NCBI GenBank assembly: GCA_050506795.1
Contig: JBJHCF010000070.1
Coordinates: 1-14,410, forward strand
DNA: 14,410 nt
Direction: 5' to 3'
From: Opitutia bacterium
GTDB taxonomy: Bacteria; Verrucomicrobiota; Verrucomicrobiia; Opitutales; T3Sed10-336
Shown here piece by piece: positions 8,008 through 14,410 of this stretch (positions are counted from its first letter, which is position 1; each line of letters starts with the position of its first letter). The translations under genes and the position numbers were made by a program. The notes below the pieces were generated by a model, which searched no databases, had not been told where the DNA came from, and worked only from the letters and a program-made list of their open reading frames with translations.

Positions 8008-9702
8008 TTACTCCGGCAGGGTCGCGCGCAGGCGGAAAAAAATCGCTCTGCCGGAGTTCTCGGGTAGTTCTCCCGTTACCTGGACCCGCTCGCGGCTTCC
8101 GGGGAGGGTTTCCAGCGTTTCGATGGAAAAAGCAATGTCCGTCCAGTCGGAAAGATTCACGGAATACTGAAGTGCCAAGTCGACTTCCGCCTCCGGGTCG
8201 CGCGCGAACTTTAGGGCGACGGTTCCGTCCTCGCCGCCCCCCTTGAACACAGGCCGGGGCAGACTGTCATGGGCCGATTCCATCGGACCGATACCGAGGG
8301 CGAATTTGAGGCCGTTATTCACTCCGTCCCCAAGCGGATCCGCTTGCGGTCCGCTGATGTCGGGATTCGAGCGGTCCTCGATGGCAAAATGCCGCTCCTT
8401 CCAGTCTTCGTATCCGGAGGTCTTTCCGGCGATGCCGAGGCCGGGATCCTCCGGGCGAATGACTTGTCCGGCAAACAGAATGGTCCCGGTGGTGTCCTCG
8501 GTCACGAAGAACAGGAAAGGCCGGTCGACGCGGAAAACCGGCGGAGCGCTGGTGAACCCGCCAACCACACCCGTCGCCGCGGCCGCTTCGAGGCCGGTTT
8601 CGTGGACTTCGATAAACGTTTTGTGGTAGGCGCCCTGTAAATGCAGCTCCGGCTGCGGCCCGGTGTAGATCCCGGAAAAATCCGCTGCCGGCGGATCGAA
8701 GGCATCAATCACCCCCAATGCCTGGAGCCGTTTCTTCAAGTCGATCTCCGCCTCGACTCGGAAACGCGGCAGATAAACGTGCATTCCCGCCGGCGAGTAT
8801 TCGTTGACGTCCAAAGGGAACTCCCCCTCAACAACCGCCGCGAGAATTTCATCCAGACTTGTTCCCTCATTGGGAAGCACAACAATCATGGAATAAGGGT
8901 CGTCCTTCACCGCGAGTGCGACCGCTTTCGCCAGATCGGTGGCCACGCGCGACACCGGCAGGCGATCACCGAACATCATGGCAACCCGCATAGTCTCGTT
9001 ATCGTTCACATGGAAATCCGCCTCCACCGTTCTGCCCGCAAATTTGTGTTCCCATAAGCCCCGAAAATAGAGCGCATTGGCGAGGACAAAGCGCGTGTGC
9101 TGATTCATGGAACCATCCGGAAAGAGGTCCGGAATTCGTTCCTGTGTCCGCTCGAAAACCCAGTCGTTGATCCGTTCGCGTTCGGCCTCCGCCTGGGTGA
9201 TAAAATCCGCGGGCTCGGCCGGCGCGTGGTACTGCTCGTTTAGAACGTCCAGGAAATCCTCCTCCACTGGCCAGTTCTCCTGTACCCAGATCCGATTGGC
9301 CACGTGAAACTCGGTATCCTCGCCTTCCGCCTTGCCCTGCACGACCGTCACCCACTTTGCCAGCGCGGGATGCGCCACCTCCTGGCCCGGAAACCGGAAA
9401 ACGCTCTCCATCTCAGCGGCCGTGTTTCCACGTGCTCCCGCGTAAGTCATGCCGAAAGCACTGATGATACTGAAGGGAGAAAACGCGAAATTTTCGTCGG
9501 CGTGCACTTCGCTCAACTCGAGCAACATTTCGCGCGCGAACGCGTTGTTCCAATCCGCGACCGAATGACCGCCGCGCCCCTCCAGGCCCAATGGGATCAG
9601 CAAAACACAGGAGAGCACTCCTACAGGCACCTGAAATCCCCGGATCCGTCGAAAGACAACGGACCGCAAAACACTTACCCAACCTCGTAGATTCCTGCTC
9701 AC
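8008..9702 (-). CDS. Secreted serpin (serine protease inhibitor) fused to a C-terminal ~135 aa module
   Basis: NFAFSPFSI, GARGNTAAEM, INDWVFERTQERI, VLANALYFRGLW, LPRF, hinge ETGLEAAAAT, FRVDRPFLF, ILFAG; hydrophobic N-terminal segment. True start may be a downstream GTG. Confidence 0.93.
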   Translation of the reverse strand: MSRNLRGWVSVLRSVVFRRIRGFQVPVGVLSCVLLIPLGLEGRGGHSVADWNNAFAREMLLELSEVHADENFAFSPFSIISAFGMTYAGARGNTAAEMESVFRFPGQEVAHPALAKWVTVVQGKAEGEDTEFHVANRIWVQENWPVEEDFLDVLNEQYHAPAEPADFITQAEAERERINDWVFERTQERIPDLFPDGSMNQHTRFVLANALYFRGLWEHKFAGRTVEADFHVNDNETMRVAMMFGDRLPVSRVATDLAKAVALAVKDDPYSMIVVLPNEGTSLDEILAAVVEGEFPLDVNEYSPAGMHVYLPRFRVEAEIDLKKRLQALGVIDAFDPPAADFSGIYTGPQPELHLQGAYHKTFIEVHETGLEAAAATGVVGGFTSAPPVFRVDRPFLFFVTEDTTGTILFAGQVIRPEDPGLGIAGKTSGYEDWKERHFAIEDRSNPDISGPQADPLGDGVNNGLKFALGIGPMESAHDSLPRPVFKGGGEDGTVALKFARDPEAEVDLALQYSVNLSDWTDIAFSIETLETLPGSRERVQVTGELPENSGRAIFFRLRATLPE

Positions 9703-9833
9703 AGGGGAATGAGGAAAAGCTACACGGCTCCCGGAATCCTGTCAAGGGTACCCGGCCGCGACGGATGTCAAAGGAGGCCGCAATCGCAGGCCGGGGATTA
9801 GACCCAATGCTCACAAAAAGAAAATCCTCCTAA

Positions 9834-10065
9834 ATACGTAGCGCCCTGCTTAAGCGGGCGCCTGTGGGGCGTGAGGACGGCTGCCCCCACAATGAATTCT
9901 CCGGCTGAAGCACGGAGCTACGAGGTACTCCCATATACGTAGCGCCCTGCTTAAGCCGGCGCCTGTGGGGCGTTAGGACGGCTGCCCCCCACAATGAATT
10001 CTCCGGCTGAAGCACGGAGCTACGAGGTACTCCCATATACGTAGCGCCCTGCTTAAGCGGGCGCC
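9834..10065. repeat. GTAG-family REP array (BIME/REPIN-like): about 2.3 tandem units of 101-102 bp
   Basis: REP-A GTAGCGCCCTGCTTAAGC(G/C)GGCG starts at 9838, 9939 and 10041 (+). REP-B GTAGCTCCGTGCTTCAGCCGGAG lies at 9899-9921 and 10001-10023 (-). Each is GTAG followed by an imperfect hairpin, and the linkers are near-identical. Confidence 0.88.
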
Positions 10066-10102
10066 AATCCGCGGGAAACGGGAGCGAATTTCCCGAGCAT
10101 CA

Positions 10103-11161
10103 TCATTCCGTGCTGCGGATCGGTCCGATGTACTCTTCGGCGACAACAATATGGTCGAACCACACACAGCTGCGATGCCCTTCATCGGCCTGTGTGATGT
10201 AGAGGAGCATCCATATGAAGTTGATCTTGAGTTCCTCCGATGTCCGCCAATGGAAACCCTCGAACGGGCGATCACCCGGAATCTCTTCTCTGCCGCCCAG
10301 TTCCTCGTTCCACCGCACACCGGGGCCGGGATGGCCGGGATGAAACTTGTCCCATATCCAGGTGCCCCGGGGAAATCCGGGGCCGAGATGACTGACCGGC
10401 TTCCCGTCGATCCACAACGCCAGTTCACCGTCGCTTTCACCGGGCCGGTTCAGTTGAACCATGACTTCGACACAGATCCAGCGGTCCTTCTCAAACTCAA
10501 GTTCCGGGTTACGGATAAAACTGTTACCCCAGGTACGTCCCGCCGGCGGACTGCCACGCATTTCCTGCCAATAAACATAGTAATCCCAGCTGCTGTCGGG
10601 ACCGTAATGCGGTCCGATACCCGCGCGGAAGTTGGCGTCGCCCGCGGGTCGTGAGCCGGCTCCGCCGGGGGGCCAGGGAGTCGACGGATAAATCCCGCCG
10701 ATCCGGGGAGTATGATGGAGGGGGCCGATGCCTGAATCAAATTTGACGTAAAACCGCCAGTGGAGTTTGTCGTATCCGGGCAATAGTCGGCGGTAGAGAT
10801 GTCCCCCGGTCTCGTCGCCACCCGTGTGCGTGATTTGCAGCGATGCTCCCCCGGAGGCTGCCGGAGGCACATCGCCGGACAGCGAGAGAATATCGCGCCT
10901 GCTCACATTCTCCCACCGTTCCAGGATCTCATCGAGCGTCCCTTCGAAGCGCTCGACAAAAACCACGGAGGAATGCTCTTCCAAACCGGCATCGCCTGGG
11001 TACGCGGCCGCAATGCCCGAAGATCCCTGCGGGAGCGACAAGTGGTCTCCCTCGGTTTTTGCCGCCAGGTCAGACCATGCCAGCAGGAGCAACACCGCCG
11101 CCCAGGTAGCTGAAATTATTCGGGCCAACCAACGTGCTCGAAAAGGAAAAGGCAATTTCAT
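10103..11161 (-). CDS. Secreted hypothetical protein, possibly concanavalin/polysaccharide-lyase-like beta-sandwich
   Basis: ATG 11161 preceded by AAAGGAG; signal peptide ending LAA; LHWRFYVKF, KDRWICVEVMVQLN, DGELALWIDGK, VWFDHIVVAEEYIGP resemble PL14/ConA-type jelly-roll proteins. The CDS is well supported; the function is tentative. Confidence 0.75.
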   Translation of the reverse strand: MKLPFPFRARWLARIISATWAAVLLLLAWSDLAAKTEGDHLSLPQGSSGIAAAYPGDAGLEEHSSVVFVERFEGTLDEILERWENVSRRDILSLSGDVPPAASGGASLQITHTGGDETGGHLYRRLLPGYDKLHWRFYVKFDSGIGPLHHTPRIGGIYPSTPWPPGGAGSRPAGDANFRAGIGPHYGPDSSWDYYVYWQEMRGSPPAGRTWGNSFIRNPELEFEKDRWICVEVMVQLNRPGESDGELALWIDGKPVSHLGPGFPRGTWIWDKFHPGHPGPGVRWNEELGGREEIPGDRPFEGFHWRTSEELKINFIWMLLYITQADEGHRSCVWFDHIVVAEEYIGPIRSTE

Positions 11162-11548
11162 CTCCGCTCCTTTCTGTGGTCCATTCGTGACAGCGTCGCA
11201 ACTCGGAACGTTGAGTCTGTCCGACAAGGCATCGCTGAATTCGGATCACTGCTTCTGGGCCACGTTTCGAAGATCCGATTGGCATCGCATAGGGCATGTC
11301 CAGAGCCTCGGCTGCCGCCCTATCGCTGAACTCGAAATCGCGTGGTCCCTCCATAAACACCTCACTTCATGCAGCCGAAGAAACGCTTTCCGGCCCCGGA
11401 GATTGAGTCAAGGACATTTGCCGAGCGCGCCCGGCCTCCTTTTCCCTTATCCGGAATGGCACTCGGTTAAGGCCGTTGACGGAAGGAGCGTCGTCCAACT
11501 ATCGTAAGTTTACCAAAAATCACGCCCGGTTTTAAAACTGTGAAGGTT

Positions 11549-11620
11549 CTCACACGGAGCCACGGAGCTCACGGAGGTGGGTCCTGAAAAAATCTCCGTG
11601 ACTTTGTGCCTCCGTGTGAG
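11549..11620. repeat. Intergenic inverted repeat built from CACGGAG units
   Basis: CTCACACGGAG (11549-11559) pairs with CTCCGTGTGAG (11610-11620); three tandem CACGGAG on the left are mirrored by CTCCGTG/CTTTGTG/CTCCGTG on the right. Confidence 0.8.
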
Positions 11621-11728
11621 CCCAATTGCCGTTGTGTTTTTTTGCTTCATCAAACGATGAACCGCCTTAACCGTGGCATTCCCCCTATCCGCACTCGAGA
11701 AACGCCGGCCGTTTCCCGTCAGCTCGAC

Positions 11729-11756
11729 TTGACCGGCTATTCTTGGTCGTTATTCT
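11729..11756 (+). promoter_or_regulatory. Candidate sigma70 promoter for the beta-helix gene
   Basis: TTGACC (11729-11734), 16 bp spacer, TATTCT (11751-11756), then ATG 11768. Confidence 0.35.
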
Positions 11757-11767
11757 CAACTGTACTC

Positions 11768-13768
11768 ATGAACAATAAATTCACCAAACTCGCTCGCCTG
11801 CTGCCGGAAATTCACCCTTCAGCCGGATACGACGGTGCGGCAAAATATTTGATTCTCGCTGTATCTGTCACGGTTATTTGTCTTATCAACACGGCTGCAC
11901 ATGCGAACGAAATTGTTTTTCCCGATGACGAACGAGCGGTGATCAATGTGCGGGATTTCGGAGCCGCAGGGGACGGCGAGACAGATGACACGGCTGCGCT
12001 TCAGCGCGCTTTTGAGGCAGCTACGGATGAAGGACGCTACACTCGGTTTGTCTACCTGCCGGAAGGGACGTATCGTATCACGGATCGGTTGATTTTTCGC
12101 CGGCCCGGGCAGGATGGACGTGAGGGAAGTCACGTGGGGCCGTGGGTTTATGGCCAAAAGCGCGACACCACCATCATCAGGCTTGATGATAATCTTGAAA
12201 AATTTTCCCGCCCGGATCAGCCGATGGAAGTGATCCGAGGGATCGTGAGGCCCGATGGAGCCGGTATGAACGCCGACTTTTTCGATCGAACAATTGTCAA
12301 CCTGACAATCGATTCCGGCGACAACCCTGGCGCCGTGGGCATCAAGTTTTACTCCAACAACACCGGCGTTTTGCGCCACGTGCTGATCCGCGGCAACGGC
12401 GCTGTCGGGCTGGACCTGGGCAATAACGATCAGAACGGCCCCCTGCTTGTTCAGGACGTGGAAATCGATGGCTTTGCCATTGGCGTCAACACCGGACACA
12501 TTATCAACAGCCAGACGCTCTCTCGAATTGCGGTCCGCAACGCCCGGGAAGTCGGACTGCGCCATCGCGGTCAGATGCTTGCCGTTGAAGCACTGCGCGT
12601 GACGGGCTCACCTCTTTCCGTGGACAGCGAAGGCGGCGTGCTCACGCTCGTCGATTGCCGATTTGAAGGACCGGACGGGGCGACCGGACCGGCGATCCGG
12701 CTAGAGGATGGGTATCTCTATGCCGCCCGAATCGAAACCACCGGCTACAGCCAGGCTCTCGTCTCGAACGGGCCCTTGGGCGACGTTAGTGACGCCAATA
12801 TCAGTGAATACTACTCCCATGACGCGCACATTCTTGGGAATTCGCCAGCCGTCGGTCTGCTTCTTGCCCCGAGGGACGAGCCAAAAATCCCCTGGCCGAG
12901 CGACGCAGACCAGTGGGTGTGCGTCAATGATTTCGGCGCTGATCCGACCAACAACGAAGATGACTCCGAAGCCATCCAGGCCGCTATCGATGAAGCAGCC
13001 CGACGCGGTGCCAGCACCGTCTATTTCCTCGGTTATCGCGGCGAGCCCAACTGGTACTTCATGCGCAATGATGTGCGGCTGCACGGCTCGGTGGAGCGTA
13101 TCATGGGCTTCGGATTTGTCCGCCTGTTCTCCGGCCCCGGCGGCGATCCGGTGGACGCGGACAACTATCCCGACAACATGAACAGTTTTATTGTGAACGA
13201 CGAGCCGGACGCTCCGCAAACAGTGATTTTTCAGCATCTTCAGGTCTTCTCGCCGTGGGAAGCGTTTGCCGTCAAGGTCAACACCACCGAGCGCCAGGTG
13301 GTGTTTGACAGTTTTGGAGGCGTTCCCCTTGTTGGCCCTGGCGCTACCGCCTACATGACCAATTGCGTCGGCCACTTATATATGGAAGAGGGCGCCAGCG
13401 TTTTCGCGCGACAGTGGAACACGGAACGAGGTCCGGAGATCACACGCATTAACACCCGCAACGACGGAGGCAGGCTTTGGGTCTTAGGCATGAAGACCGA
13501 AGGCATAAGCATCAAGTCCGCTACCTTCAATGGCGGCCAGACCGAAATTCTGGGCATGCTCAACTACAACCACACCGGGTCCCATGATGATGAGCCGGCT
13601 TTTCTTGTTGAAGACGCAGCTCTCTCGGTCACCGGCTATCGGGAAGTCAACTTCACCGGAGACTGGTGGCGCGTGACAGCCCTGGCGGAACTGGATGGGG
13701 AAAAACACCAGCTCGGCCGACGGCCCTGGCACACCTGGGCGCTGTTGCGTGTCGGCGCTGAAGATTGA
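11768..13768 (+). CDS. Secreted right-handed beta-helix glycan-active protein (Pectate_lyase_3 / GH28-related / GH55-like, two repeats)
   Basis: Two copies of the family N-terminal motif: VINVRDFGAAGDGETDDTAALQRAF..VYLPEGTYRI and VCVNDFGADPTNNEDDSEAIQAAID..VYF; signal peptide ending AHA|N. The ORF-track start at 11606 lies inside a palindromic repeat and is unlikely. Confidence 0.85.
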   Translation: MNNKFTKLARLLPEIHPSAGYDGAAKYLILAVSVTVICLINTAAHANEIVFPDDERAVINVRDFGAAGDGETDDTAALQRAFEAATDEGRYTRFVYLPEGTYRITDRLIFRRPGQDGREGSHVGPWVYGQKRDTTIIRLDDNLEKFSRPDQPMEVIRGIVRPDGAGMNADFFDRTIVNLTIDSGDNPGAVGIKFYSNNTGVLRHVLIRGNGAVGLDLGNNDQNGPLLVQDVEIDGFAIGVNTGHIINSQTLSRIAVRNAREVGLRHRGQMLAVEALRVTGSPLSVDSEGGVLTLVDCRFEGPDGATGPAIRLEDGYLYAARIETTGYSQALVSNGPLGDVSDANISEYYSHDAHILGNSPAVGLLLAPRDEPKIPWPSDADQWVCVNDFGADPTNNEDDSEAIQAAIDEAARRGASTVYFLGYRGEPNWYFMRNDVRLHGSVERIMGFGFVRLFSGPGGDPVDADNYPDNMNSFIVNDEPDAPQTVIFQHLQVFSPWEAFAVKVNTTERQVVFDSFGGVPLVGPGATAYMTNCVGHLYMEEGASVFARQWNTERGPEITRINTRNDGGRLWVLGMKTEGISIKSATFNGGQTEILGMLNYNHTGSHDDEPAFLVEDAALSVTGYREVNFTGDWWRVTALAELDGEKHQLGRRPWHTWALLRVGAED

Positions 13769-13789
13769 TTGAATGCAATTCTTCCCTCT

Positions 13790-14014
13790 TTATGGCACCG
13801 GATCAACCGGAGTCTGGTTTGGCGGGTTGGGGGGAGAGTAATCCGGGGCCTCCGCTCCCCGATCTTCCGAGCGATCCGTCGGGAACAGGCTGCAGCCATC
13901 GTTGCCGCGGTCCCGGCTGCTACTGCTAAAGCAGCCGGTGAGCAGTCCTGCAAGGATCAAAAGAACCCCGGCCAGAAGCACGGGGGAGTTTTTAAAGGCC
14001 AATTGTCGCTTCAT
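13790..14014 (-). CDS. Small predicted lipoprotein (74 aa)
   Basis: RBS AGGAGG (complement of 14025-14030); MKRQ basic N-terminus, hydrophobic core, lipobox LTGC; Pro-rich disordered tail. Confidence 0.72.
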   Translation of the reverse strand: MKRQLAFKNSPVLLAGVLLILAGLLTGCFSSSSRDRGNDGCSLFPTDRSEDRGAEAPDYSPPNPPNQTPVDPVP

Positions 14015-14048
14015 AGCCGGTCCGCCTCCTTCAATCCGACCGTAACGA

Positions 14049-14410
14049 ATGAGACGTGCAACAGAAATTAAACTGGACGAAGACACCCGCCGGAAGCTTG
14101 ATGCCATAAGCCGGAGTCGAAGTGCTTCTGTACGACTTGTAGAGCGTGCAAAGATTGTTCTGCTGTCGGATCAAGGACGGGAGAATATTGAGATTGCCAA
14201 GGTTTTAGGAATAAGTCGCCAGAAAGCGGGTCGCTGGAGGGAAAGATTCGCTGAGTTTGGGATGGAGGGAATTGAGAAAGATGCACCGCGGCCCGGTCGC
14301 TTTCCAAGCATTTCGAATCGCAAGAAGTCGAATATAATAAAGAAGACTCTTGAGGAGACGCCTGAAAACGCCACTCATTGGAGTCGCAAACTGATGGCTG
14401 AAGCGACGGG
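14049..14410 (+). mobile_element. IS630-family transposase, 5' part (runs off the window)
   Basis: Manual translation: MRRATEIKLDEDTRRKLDAISRSRSASVRLVERAKIVLLSDQGRENIEIAKVLGISRQKAGRWRERFAEFGMEGIEKDAPRPGR...KTLEETPENATHWSRKLMAEAT. RAxIVL, HTH, DAPRPGR and THWS are IS630 hallmarks. Confidence 0.92.

Noticed and set aside
9830..10036. 68-aa ORF with an internal repeat
   Set aside because: Translation artefact of the REP array.
9834..10065. CRISPR array
   Set aside because: The intervening sequences are near-identical rather than unique spacers, no cas genes are present, and the GTAG-hairpin REP architecture explains it.
11070..11360. 96-aa minus-strand ORF with a GAGGTG RBS-like site
   Set aside because: Overlaps the start of the 11161 gene out of frame and has no recognisable features; cannot be supported.

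Overview
GC-rich bacterial window, probably from a Verrucomicrobia/PVC-type organism. That is inferred from the DUF1080, GH33-like and beta-helix glycan enzymes and from a 'EDW..DGxxN..FALG..SxDLxxW..FxRL' C-terminal module. Gene order: hairpin-dense non-coding leader (1-~450); rnhA (+); small 2-TM protein (-); secreted DUF1080 protein (+); AbgT transporter (-); MarC protein (-); sialidase-like protein (-); an orphan, start-less copy of a C-terminal module (+); a secreted serpin fused to the same module (-); a GTAG-type REP/BIME tandem array; a secreted jelly-roll/lyase-like protein (-); a double beta-helix (Pectate_lyase_3/GH55-like) protein (+); a small lipoprotein (-); and the 5' part of an IS630 transposase that the ORF track missed. 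No CRISPR, tRNA or rRNA was recognised. The best leads are the shared C-terminal module (possible sorting domain or shuffled cassette), the structured region upstream of rnhA, and several distinct palindromic repeat families. All calls come from motif recognition by eye; no database searches were run.
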